Shown piece after piece: positions 1 to 11,189 of a DNA stretch of 64,000 nt (position 1 is its first letter; each line of letters begins with the position of its first letter). The stretch lies in the NCBI GenBank assembly GCA_013265495.1, contig MU058584.1, forward strand, positions 6,972,407 to 7,036,406. The letters are read 5' to 3'. The notes below the pieces were generated by a model that saw nothing but the letters and a program-made list of their open reading frames with translations, had not been told where the DNA came from and did not search any database. This stretch comes from Vicugna vicugna (lineage: Eukaryota). The translations under genes were made by a program, and so were the position numbers.

Positions 1-2567
1 AAATTTGTGAAGCCATCACTGTAGCTATGCCAGCAGGCATGAAAACCTTGCACTTTTTTTATGAAATACCTGTTTATCTTGTATTGAAAATGCAGCTTTT
101 ATGTCAGTGCAGGATTGCTGTAAGAAAGGCATTCCTATAGACTAAAATGATTTGAGAAAAAGTGAAATCGTTAATGACAAAGCAAAAGGAAGGTGAAGAA
201 TTTAAAGCTGAAGAACTCAATGCCAGAAAAGGATGGTTTGATAATTTTAGAAAGACGTTTGGCTTAAAGAAAATGTCAAGATAACAGGAGAAGCAGCTTC
301 TGCTGACCCAAAGGCAGCAGGTGAGTTCCCAGATGTCATTAAGATGAGGAGAAAGAGAGAAAGGATATCTACCTGAACAGATTTTTAACGCATACTAAAG
401 CACCCTATTCTGGAGAGGGGAAATGCCACAAAGGACATGTATTGGTAACGAAGAGAAGTGAGCACCAGGATTCAAGGCAGAAAGGAATAGGCTAACTCTT
501 CTATTGTGTGTAAATGCCGTCGGGTTTATGATCAGGACTGCCCTGGTCTATAAAGCTGCTAACCCCTAAGCCTTGAGGGGAAAAGATAAATACCCACTGC
601 CAGTCTTTTGGTTGTACAAGAAGGCCTGGACCAGAAGAACCCTTTTTCTGGATTGGTCCCATTGATGCTTTGTCCCTGAAATCAGGAAGTACCTTGCTGG
701 CAAATGACTACCTTTTAAAGTTCCTTTGATATTGAACAATGACCCTGGCCACCCAGAACCCCACGATTTCAACACAAGGCATCAAAGTGCTCCATGGAAA
801 GGATTGCCAAAGCTACGGAAGAGAACCCTAATAGAGAGAACCTCATGAAAGTCTGGAAGGATTGCACCACTGAAGATGCCATCATGGTTATAGAAAAAGC
901 CGTGAAAACCAGCAAGCCTGAAACAATAAATTCCTGCTGGAGAAAACTGTCCAAATGTTGTACGCATTTCACCAGATTTGCGACAGAGCCAATCAAGGAG
1001 ATCCTGAAGCAGATTGTGGATATGGGGGGGAAAAAAAAGTTGGGGATGGGGGAGGTGAGAGGTTCCAAGATATGGATCTCAGAGAAATTCAAGAGCTAAT
1101 ATATACCACACCAGAGGAATTAACAGAAGATGACTTGATGGAGATGAGTTCTTCCGAACCAGCGTCAGACAATGAGGAAGAAGATATAGAAGAAATAGTG
1201 CCAGAAAACAAATTGACATTAGACAATCTAGCAGAAGGGTTCCAGTTATTTAAGACTGATTTTGACTTCTTTTATGACATGGACCCTTCTATTATACAGG
1301 CACTGAAACTAAAGCAAATGATGAGAGAGGAATTGGTACCATATAGAAATGTTTTAGAGAAATGAAAAAGGAAAAAAGTCAGACAGAAATTACAATGTAT
1401 TTCCATAAAGTTACACCATGTGTGCCTGCCTCTCTTGCCTCCCCTTCCACCTCCTCCACCTCTTCCACCTCTGCCATCCCTGGGGCAGGAAGACCGACCC
1501 GTCTTTCTCCTCCTCCTCCTCAGCCTACTCACCATGAAGACAACAAGGATGAAGACCCTTATGATGATCCACTTTCCTTTAATGAATAGTAAATCATCAT
1601 CATGCCATACAGTTAACAGACATGTGCATGCGTGCAAGTGTCTTCATATGAAAATCTAATAACTACATGGAAAGAACTGTAGGAGAAGTTTTTATCTTAT
1701 CATCAACATTGCTCAAGTATTTATCGTGTAAAAATATCGTAAGACTTATGTGGAAATGGATCGTCCATCCTTACATAGGCATGAGCTGAGTGATATTTGC
1801 GGTAATATAAAATTAATAATATGTTGGTTTTCTATTCTCCAACTTTGCTTTCAAAGAATTACATTACTATACAGTCTGCCTCTCTCATATTTGGGAAAAC
1901 TATCAGCCTATCATCACAGGTAAGTGGGTTTTTTTTTTTAATGTAACAGTGTTTCCAATACTGTATTATGAATATGACTGTAAGACTCTATGCCATAAGA
2001 ATTTTGTAACGATTCACTCATTCGTGCATAGGCCAGGCTGCAGTGAAGCAGTCGTATCAATTACACTAGGCTACAGTAAAGCAATCATGTTGCTGCTTCT
2101 TAATAATCGATGCATCGCTCATTATGCTTGTAAATAAGCATGAATTTCTTTTTCACAGTATCTTTTCAGCTTTGATATCTAGTGTTAGGAGTACATATAA
2201 CATCGACAGTGTTTGGTATCATAGAAGACAATATTGACATAGGTACTGATAGATGATTCGTCTTATAAACAGGTGACATAAACTTATGGTATTGATAAAT
2301 ACAGGACAGTACTGTAAGAGCATTTTCTCTTCCTAATTATTTTCTTAATAATGTTTTTTCTAGCTTACTTTATTATAAGAACACAGAAAGTAATCATATA
2401 ACATACAAACTTTATGTTAATCTACTGTTGATATTGTCACCATGGCTTCTGGTTAACTACTAATAACTAATTAGTATGGTAATTAAGTTTGGGGGAAAAC
2501 AAAATTTTCACATGGATACATGGAGGGGTTGGTACCCCTAACCCTACCATTGTTCAAGGGTCAACTG
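1..2567 (+). mobile_element. Tigger1-family (pogo-like Tc1/mariner) DNA transposon fossil, cut off at the window start; degraded DDE transposase
   Basis: ORF fragments 794-1099 and 955-1365 (ENLMKVWKDCTTEDAIMVIEKAVK..PETINSCWRKL; FQDMDLREIQELI..TPEELTEDDLMEM) match the Tigger1 transposase C-terminus, with frameshifts and stops. Right terminal inverted repeat ...CCCCTAACCCTACCATTGTTCAAGGGTCAACTG ends at 2567, followed by TA. Confidence 0.9.
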
Positions 2568-2977
2568 TACTTATATCTATGTCATGTTTAGTACTGATAC
2601 ACCAAGTATGGCCCTCTCAACTCACAATTAACATCAATAAAAACAATTTAGGTGGCCATAAATGTGATGCTTTCTGACTATGTTAATTTATTCAACAACT
2701 ATTATATTTGGGCTGATCTGATTACTCTCATATCAAATTCAAGAACCTAAAACATTATCTCAAGCTCCTCTTCCAACTGCCTCCTTTTACCATCTCCTTA
2801 ACAAAATTAAATACACTCACAAATACCCCATCTAGGTAAACTCCTCTTGTTCTTTCCTTTCCAACACAGAAGAACATTCCCAGTGTGGTTTGAATCTGAT
2901 AAAAAGAAACAAAATGGTGGGAGGAGCAGTAACTTGTAACTTGAAAATGAAAAGTGATCCCTCTTTTTCCCTGTCAG

Positions 2978-3398
2978 GGGTTTGATGAAAGATACCAGTG
3001 GAGACAAACTTGACTACATTTCCTACATGGATGACCTCGCTGCATGCATAGGCACGAAGCCCAGTGTCCCACTTCTGTTCCTCCAGGATCCCAGGCTAGC
3101 TTGGGAAGTTTTCTTTGGACCATGTACTCCTTATCAGTATCGCCTAATGGGCCCTGGAAAATGGGATGGAGCCCGAACGGCCATCCTGACCCAGTGGGAC
3201 AGGACGCTGAAGCCCTTAAGAACTCGAGTAGTTCCTGATTCCTCCAAGCCTGCCTCCAGGTCACATTATCTGAAAGTCTGGGCGGCTCCTATCCTACTCG
3301 CCTCCCTTCTACTGATCTGTAAATCTTCGCTTTTTTCGAAATTGGTGCCAGATAAACTACAGGACAGAATTTCCTCTTACCTAGTAAGTATTTGGTGA
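2978..3398 (+). CDS. FMO4: Flavin-containing monooxygenase 4, last coding exon (upstream exons lie outside the window)
   Basis: Polypyrimidine tract and acceptor ctctttttccctgtcAG|G at 2977/2978. The translation [83 protein letters not shown]...[29 protein letters not shown] has the FMO motif PYQYRLxGPGKWxGAR, the hydrophobic anchor and the FMO4-specific C-terminal extension. Stop TGA at 3396-3398. Confidence 0.95.
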
Positions 3399-4035
3399 GG
3401 ATGGGTCTGATTGATTATGAGCATTGTGCTAAGTCACAATAATTCTATTTCCAAATGGTTTATTCCCCCTCCCCTCTCCATCCTAACTGCTATCAGCCCA
3501 ATTCAGGTCTAATCACCTCTTATCTGAATTATTGTACTGTCTTCCTCTTGAGTCGCAGGACCTGCTTTTTTGCTTCCTTTTCCAACTCACATTCTACTCT
3601 GCTACCTACACAATTACCTAAGATAAAAATATTGTCATTGTTTCTTTCCGTCAAGATCCTGGTGGTGATTAGACAGTACTCCAAATTAGGTAATTTGTGG
3701 AAATTTTAATATCAAGATTATGTCAAATGGTTTGGGCAGAGTGTAGGGAAATCCTACAATTGAATGAAATACTCCCAGACTGGTAACAGTGAGGTGCTCT
3801 TACCATCCACAGACCTAATGAGGCAAGGGGAGAAACCAGTTATGAATAGGAGAGAGATACCACCTCTCAACAGCTATGACCTTCAGCCGACCAAGAAAGG
3901 CAGTCCATGGGGACCCCAGAAGTACAGCGCTGGGAAAGTAAATTGCCTGATCTCATTCTCTTCCCTCCTGCTGATCCCCTGCCCATGCTCCCCAATGGCC
4001 TGATCCAACTAAACTCAGAAGGCAAGGTTGCTGAC

Positions 4036-4457
4036 TGTTGTGGCTTGAATTGATATATTCAAGTCCTAACCCCTTGCACTTGTGAATGTAACCTTGCTTG
4101 GAAATAGGATCTTTGCAAATGTATATAAGTTAAGATGAGATCAGACTGGAATAAGGTGAGCTAGATCCAATATGACGTTTTATAAAAGAGGATAAGACAC
4201 ACAGAGATGCAGACACAGTGGAGAATTGCTTGTGAAAACAGGCAGAGAGATTGGAGCCATGCACCTACAAACTAAGGATTGTCATGCAAGCAAACACTGG
4301 AAGCTAGGAGAGAGGCATGGAACAGGTTCCCCCTCGAAATCTCCAAAGGGAAAAAAACCCTGCCAACAATTCCAGACTCCTAGCCTCCGGAACTGTGAAA
4401 GAACAAGCCACCCAGGCTGTGGTCCTTTATTGTGGCTGTCCTAGGACACCAGTACAA
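4036..4457 (+). mobile_element. MaLR solo LTR (MLT1-type)
   Basis: TG...CA ends and typical MLT1 text: GAATGTAACCTTGCTTGGAAATAGGATCTTTGCA, AAGCTAGGAGAGAGGCATGGAACAG, CCTCCGGAACTGTGA. Confidence 0.8.
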
Positions 4458-4559
4458 CTGATGTCGTCCGTGGAGGTCAGCCTCCTAAGCCACAGAGCAG
4501 AGCAAAGATGATGGAAGGTGTATATAGAGGGGCAGCCAGAAAGGATCCAATGCAGTCAC

Positions 4560-5050
4560 GTCGCTTTCCATTCAGAAATCCTTCAACGTTCCTCCCTTGA
4601 TTAGAGATAATAACCCAATTCCTTAGCCTGGGAGAGGAGCGTCTTCATGATCTGAGTCCCTTTGCCCAGGTCACCAGAATCTGGTCCTGCAGCTTCCCCT
4701 CCACTTCAAACGCTGCCATCCAGTACTGCTAAACTGTGAACTGTGTCCTGCCTCATCACTTCGACACCAACTGTTGCCTCCGCCAGCCACTCGAATCCAC
4801 ACCCGACTGTCTCTCAAGGGAGAGCTTGATTACCTCCCTCTGTGAAGCCTGCCCTGAATCCCCGAAGCAGAGCTGACTGCCTTTTCGTAGTGAGTACAGC
4901 CCGTATACCACTGTCATTGCTCTTTGCCTACTGAGGTATACTTTTCTTTTTGTGTCTGTCTCCCAATGAATGGTGGGTTCTTGAGAGGAACCATGTCTTG
5001 TTCAGCTAAAACACTGCCTGACACAAAGGGTTGCAAAATAAATATTTGAT
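4560..5050 (-). mobile_element. L2 LINE 3' fragment
   Basis: L2 3'-end-like text (CTTGAGAGGAACCATGTCTTGTTCA...AATAAATATTTGATGA). Boundaries approximate. Confidence 0.55.
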
Positions 5051-5259
5051 GACCAAACACTGGTTTCACTGACTGGCGTTCCTTTTGTCTCCTCTTCTAC
5101 TCACATTCGTTTCTTCTGCCAACTCGACAAATTACCTCAGATGACCTCAGCTACGCAAAGGAGCAAGGACAGTCCATCAACAGCTACGTTTATCAGTAAA
5201 AGACAATCCACATGGCAATCAGAATAAATACAACTATACAGCAACTGGGAGCCGTGTGT

Positions 5260-5470
5260 GCTGGTTGAAAGCTCTGACTCTAGAATTCAACCCAAATTAT
5301 AATCCCAGCCGTGCCCTTAGCTGTGAGGCCTTGGCCAGGTTACTTAGCCTCTCTGAGCCTTAAGTGTCCTCATCTGGAAAATGAGGAGACAGGAATGCTG
5401 TTATCTGCCTCAAAAGTGAACATTCAGTGAGACAATGTAGGGTGTTACTTACACAGTGAATTAGCTATTA
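5260..5470 (+). mobile_element. MIR SINE
   Basis: MIR core: GCTGTGAGGCCTTGGCCAGGTTACTTAGCCTCTCTGAGCCT..CTCATCTGGAAAATGAG. Confidence 0.75.
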
Positions 5471-6074
5471 AGAGCTGAAGAGACCGCGGACCTTTTCGAT
5501 TGTCTGAATCAAAGGATTTGAAACCTGTTGCCTGGCTCTGTTCCCTGTTGCCTAATCAAAGAGTATGGCCTTTGCTCTCCGTGGATTCTCCAGTAGCACT
5601 TTCCAAGTAGGATCACTCTTTGGTCCTCATGTCCCCCACCAAATCCTGAGGCCTGTTACCACCACCATCGCTGCTGCCACCACTATACCAGCCACGTGCT
5701 TCTCAGATGGACCCTCCAGGATGCAGCCAGCAAATAATAGCAAAGGAAGAATTATTCTCAATCCTTAGGAGTGGGCCTCCTGATGTAATTTGTTCATGTG
5801 TCTCTAGGTTTTTACTGACGACATCCTCCAGTAGAAGAAGCACTTAATTCCAAATCTTCAAAACCAACTCAAACTGACCAACAGAAACAGTGTCACTGGA
5901 GGACGGAGGAACAAAAAGTGCTCAGTCACAGGGTGGGATCTGAGTTGGGCAGACAATGATCTGGAAGCAGTCACAACTACACTCCACACCACCAAGGGCC
6001 TTTTAGGTTAGTTTTACAGTTTACCTGAGGTATGGAGGGCACGTGCTTGGGAACAGGATGTGCATTCCTAAGTT

Positions 6075-7642
6075 AAGATTTATGAGTAGGGAGGTGCCCC
6101 AGAAGTACCCAGAGAGTGCAGGGAGGAAGGAGCGAAGACAAGAGCATGGGCCGCCCGCTGGCCCTCCGCTGCCTGCTGACCCTGCTGCTGCCGCTCCTCG
6201 CTCCAGGGGCCTCCATGTCCCCAGCTGAGCGCATCAGTCAAGCCTACGACCCAGCGCTCTACATGCGGAAGAATACTTCAACAGTGCTGCAGACTTACCT
6301 CCAGTGCCAAGGCAGCCCCTTGAGTGACTCTGGCTTCTCAGCCCCAGAGCTCCAGCTCAGCAGCCTGCCTCCTGCCGACATCTCCTTCAAGACCTGGCAT
6401 GCCCTGGATGATGGGGAACATCTGAGCCGTGTCCAGGGGCCCTTCCTGGCCTTGACCCAGCACCTCCAGCTCATGGGGAACAACCAAAGAGACCTGAACC
6501 CTGGCAGTCCCATCCTGCTGGCTCAGCTCGGGGATGCAAGACCCAGGGCTCAAGGCCTGCTGGGCAACATGGCTGCCATCAGGGCTGCCCTGGGTCTGCC
6601 CAACCCCCCAGTGGAGGACACTCCTGGACTTGTCCCCTTCGGGGCCTCGGCCTTCAAGAAGAAACGTCGAGGCTACATAGTAACCGGGGAATATGGCCAC
6701 TGGCCAGACCGAGCCATGAGGGACTTGGCTCTTCTCAAGGCCAAATACCCCATATAGAGGAGGACTTCCGATCAGAGGCAGCAACACTTCCCCTTTCAGA
6801 CTCTTTTCTGCCTTGCTCCTTGGCTAGAAGGGAGACACATCCTGTCTAGCAGACAGGGCTTCTGTGACATGGACTTGGGGAAATTTCCTGGGAGCCAGGC
6901 CTCGAGTCCCTGTTGCCTGGGCCTTCCTGCCTAGGTCCTATGGCCTCCCTTCCAGGTCTGGGTGGGACTCTGTTGGTAGCATCTCATGGGTTACCAGCCC
7001 AGGGGCACTGGTTGTCCACTTCCCGGGTGGAAATAAGTGTCTCCTTGAAGAGGCTTCAGGCCCCACTATAGGGAGAGCAAAGTCGGCCTCCCTCCTGGGC
7101 TCTCCCGAGACCTTCCCCTCCATGGAATTTCCAGGAGGTCCAGGGGCTGCCTTTTGTCTCTGTCTACCTCGCTTTCTGTATGAAGACATGGGCTTTTGAG
7201 CAAATAGGCCTCCCTTCTTGCGGGAATGCACTTCCTCCCCTAGTCGACCTCTCTGACTATGGCCACTGTTCCAACTTCCCATCTTAAGGGGCTTCACTCC
7301 TGATCAATGGATGTCCAATTCTTGAAAGACTAAGGGCTCATGTCACATATTTCCTGCTCAGACACATCCACTTCTATTCTATGCTGACAGATTGTATCCC
7401 TGGCCTGGGGCTCTCACGAACCTCCTGTCTATACTGTGGCTTTTAGAGATGATGGGGGACCAAGTTGTACCCCAAGGAGCCTACTCTCCTTAAAAGTGTC
7501 TCCCCACTTTCAACAACTATATACCAGTAACTTTAGTGTTCTTTTTATTTTTAAACATTTTATTTACAAAAAAAACTAACTTATTCTCAGAAATGAAACT
7601 CTTTCAGTGACTAAAAAGAAAAAAAAAAGATTTACAAATGGG
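6075..7642 (+). pseudogene. CTF2: Processed (retroposed) copy of cardiotrophin-2/neuropoietin mRNA with 5'UTR, 3'UTR, poly(A) and TSDs
   Basis: Intronless CTF2 coding sequence and ~855-nt 3'UTR. AATGAA at 7592-7597 precedes an A-tail at 7613-7628. Flanking direct repeats AAGATTTATGAGTAGG (6075-6090) and AAGATTTACAAATGGG (7627-7642) are 12/16 identical, and the left copy sits at a TT|AAGA L1-endonuclease-like site. Confidence 0.9.
6146..6757 (+). CDS. CTF2: Intact 203-aa cardiotrophin-2 (neuropoietin)-like ORF of the retrocopy; IL-6-family four-helix cytokine, expression unknown
   Basis: ATG in strong context (AGCATGG) and signal peptide MGRPLALRCLLTLLLPLLAPGAS. Colinear with recalled mouse Ctf2 across its length (ALYMxKNTS, LQTYLQxQGSP, SAPELQLS, SFKTWHA, LNPGSPILLAQLG, AQGLLGNMAAI, VPFGASAF, EYGHW, RDLALLKAKY). 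No stops or frameshifts. The GTG start at 6116 in the ORF track lies in the 5'UTR. Confidence 0.8.
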   Translation: MGRPLALRCLLTLLLPLLAPGASMSPAERISQAYDPALYMRKNTSTVLQTYLQCQGSPLSDSGFSAPELQLSSLPPADISFKTWHALDDGEHLSRVQGPFLALTQHLQLMGNNQRDLNPGSPILLAQLGDARPRAQGLLGNMAAIRAALGLPNPPVEDTPGLVPFGASAFKKKRRGYIVTGEYGHWPDRAMRDLALLKAKYPI

Positions 7643-7994
7643 TAACTAGTCTTGTGAGCATCAGGAATACGTCAGGGAAAGCTTTCATCATTGTCTGGGG
7701 ACTAACAGAGCATAGAGGCCACCTGGTCCTAATGATTATTAAACAATATCTAGTAACTACAAAGCCCTTGACAACAGAGAAATGATTCACTGCCCAGTAC
7801 AGTCCTGGGTAGGGTCAGTGAGAGGACAGAAGAAACTGTAAGGGCCCAAGATGGCATCACTTGTGCTAACAGCCATACACGTGTCATACATAAGCTATCT
7901 ATACCCAAGTTCTTAAGGGAGAAAGCAAAACTGAGATGTTATTATTAGCTCATTATTTTTAGTGTCGCTATTTTTGGGGGGGGGGGTGTTAATT

Positions 7995-8115
7995 TTTAGA
8001 TGAGAAATCAAAGTCTCGTAGATACTAAGTAATTTGCCCTGATTCAACACAGCAAGTAAGAGGCAGAAGAGGGATTTGAACCCAAACAGATATAACCCTA
8101 AAGAGCAGGCTGTCT
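7995..8115 (-). mobile_element. MIR fragment
   Basis: TTTTAGATGAGAAATCAAAGTCTC..AAGTAATTTGCCC..ACACAGCAAGTAAG..GGGATTTGAACCCA. Confidence 0.65.
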
Positions 8116-9972
8116 CATTAGTTGCCTTGGGAGGCAACTCTTCTATTCATTCCTTACCACCTCAGTTTGCTCGTCTATACAGTCCATGCTGGACACCTCC
8201 TCCTCCAGGAAGGCTTTGTCTTCCTGTTCTCTGTTCCTTTCTCTACACTTGCAATAGACTTCTAAACATTACACTTAACCACATTCCATGACCCCAGTTC
8301 TGAAAGAACAAAGGATACCAGGCAAGGGCCACTGCCTATGAATCATTTTAAATGAGAATCAAATTTTCACAGTAAATAGTTGGGGTGGGGGAGGAATCCA
8401 GTTTTACCAAGATACCAACTTGAGAAATGAAACCAGAAATTATGAAAATGTTTGCTTTGCCTTTTATTGAACCAAATTTTAATTATAATCGCAACAATGT
8501 GCTAATGAGAGTTGCCTCATTATCTGAAATTTTATATGACAGCAAAATAAACCATCCTCCACCTCATACATTCTCATAACATTGTACATGGAATTTGATT
8601 TCAGGAATCCTCAAATCCTGTTAGTGGAGACACTGGGATCTGCTTTAAGAAACTCAGCCCAGCTGTAGTCTGATCCTGATCAAGTATTTCTGATCAGGTC
8701 TCATGCACAGGGAGGAACCAATCAAATGCCTGACCTGCTGTGTGTGCAGTTCCCTGGGAGAGGTAAGTGGGAGAATCCAGTCTGGGCTCAGACTTGGGCC
8801 TTTGTAAGGGGTCACGGCTCCAACTGACACTGGAACAGTTTCCCTCAGAGCAGCCGCTATGAGACTTTCCACCTCCTCCATTAAGAGTGAAACACAGGCC
8901 CGAGGGATAATTCATAATCCCATATTTTAAAATATTACTAAAGTCATTTTATCTTCTATCATTTATCATATGGTTCATATTTTCAATATAAAAGTATGAT
9001 TTAAATGAAAGAATGCAATATTAAGCATTATGAGGGAAACCACATTTCGCAAGTCCTTCCAAGGAAATTAAAAATAAACCAGCTGTAAAAGTCTCTTGTT
9101 CAACAACAGAATGTGTGCAAAGCTTGCCATCACAATTAGCTACTTCTGTTGTGCAACTTCTGAAAATTTATCTCCCCAAAAGGAAATCTTTCAAGTGAAG
9201 GGAAATCACTTTTTAAAAAGGACTAAGCTTCAGAGATTGCATTTTCTAGTTTAATAACAGTATGTGTAACTTAAGAGGAAATAAATAAGCTCAAAAAGCA
9301 TTATTTTCTTCGATTCCTCTTACGCATGCAAGTTCTGACACTTTGAGCCTCTCCACGGTGAGCTCACTGTAGCTCTTCTGGCTGACTGGTGAGTCTCCTT
9401 GGGAACAGTAATCAGAGCCCGTGCCATTCACTCTTTCACTCGGTGGGACAGCAAGTGAGGGAAGACCTCACGTTGCTTGTATCAGGCTATCTCACCTCCC
9501 TGAACCACCCCCAGTTAACTTCCAGGTGCGTGGCAGGTGAACAACGGGCAAAAATTCAGACGCAGTGGTTCACTGGCAGCAGCCAAAACAAAAACAATAG
9601 ACAAAAGCAGAGAGGAAGAGCAGCCAAGACAGAAGACAAGGAGAGACAAGAGCTCCAGCTAGAACAGTGGAGTGCTCTAGAGTCACGTGGGGAATTAGCC
9701 CTCTCTCAGGAACCTCGGAGAACACCACTAACTTGAAAGACAGAAAACCAGTCAACCACAGTAGCGCAGCTTTCTGGGGTTATTAGGCAGAGGGTGCCCG
9801 ATCCTTTCCAGCAGTCATTTGAGAGAAAAACGCTTAGACTATACTCAAGACATGTTAGTTGGACTAAATCATCTTCTTTTGAGAGGAAACTGGGTTTCTG
9901 AAAGTAGTTAAAAATCATTTGGAACCCAGTATGGGGGTATAAGATATAAAGACAAAGTGAGAAATTTCCTTC

Positions 9973-10502
9973 TGATGAAAGACAAAACATGATACAAATA
10001 ATGAAACTGATTTGCTTTTGTGATTCCAAGCAGTGAATTTGGAAAACAGAGACAGGGCAGCTTCACAAAAGAATGGAAACCTGAAAAAGTAACTGTAACA
10101 GGAAACTTTTATACTCTTTAGGCAAAGGAACAATAAATTTCTGAACAGTTGGGAGGACAGAGGGGTTTGGGCTAGTGGTAGTACATGGTGAAAAAAGTAA
10201 TCAAGAAGACAAGGATAGTTTAACAGGGTTTGATTGTACTTATTTCTCAGCCCCAAATTACCAATTTCTGGTGATAAGAATGTCTCTTCCTCCTGGTACA
10301 GTGAGGGTATTTTTCACCTGGGAGTTTTATGATCTGTTTCAGGGAAGAAGGGTTGGGGATGGTGGTTAGAGGTGGTCAGAGGTGGTCAGAGTAACCTTCC
10401 TGCTTCTGCCATTTTTCTCAAATTTTTTCAGCTTAAAAAATATGATGTTCAATACGCCAAGGTGCTATATTTTGGGGCAGTGTGTCCTGAACTCTGTTAT
10501 CA
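9973..10502 (-). mobile_element. ERV1-like solo LTR (subfamily not determined)
   Basis: TG...CA-bounded ~530 bp. The 3' part TTTTCAGCTTAAAA..ATACGCCAAGGTGCTATATTTTGGGGCAG resembles the reverse-oriented LTR end at 20800-20861. Boundaries approximate. Confidence 0.55.
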
Positions 10503-11189
10503 CACTGTTGCACCACACTGAAGTTAGACCACCACAGAAACACAGGCTAGAATGAGTTTCCTGCTCACACTTCTTAAGAAAAAATGCACAAAACATGGTA
10601 ATGAGGCCAAGAGAATACCTGCCTGCCCTTTCAATGTCACACTTAAGCATTGTTTAACAATCCTCTCAAGGATTATTTCATTATCTAAGAGAAGTTATCA
10701 TTTCCTGAATTTTCTATTTACTGTTAATTAGGGGCTCAGACTGTGAAGTTATGTTAACTTGCAGATTTATGTCCAATAAAGATGCAAATGATTTCTCTCC
10801 AGTAGAAAAGATAATCCCAAAGGTTATGGTTGAATGCCCTGTGAAACATGAATCAGTTTTGTTTCTTACTCAGATAATTTATTCTAACATTTCTTTATTA
10901 AACTGCCTATAAATATTCAGTTCCTTAAATGCTCTTTGAACCAGCTTTACCCATTGTCCTGGTTCCCTCACTAATTAAAGAGGTGATTAAATCTTTGACA
11001 TGCATTCATTCCATGTTTGCAAAAAAAGTTGTTTTTAACTTCTAAAAATTATACTTCCACACTCTAGAAGTGAGAGAATCATTCACAAGGATTCATCTAA
11101 ATGAATCTTTTTCACAATGAAATCTGGTAAGAAGTGCTTTCTTGGCACCTGCTACTACTAGAGTCGTAAGCAGCAAAATGGAAGCCAGG

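Noticed and set aside
794..1365. Tigger transposase ORFs as a domesticated TIGD-type gene
   Set aside because: Split over frames with stops and frameshifts inside a decayed element; no continuous ORF.
6295..7297. Overlapping ORFs 6338-6787(-), 6295-6513(-), 6864-7199(+), 6938-7297(-)
   Set aside because: Shadow frames of the GC-rich CTF2 coding region and 3'UTR, with no recognisable protein.
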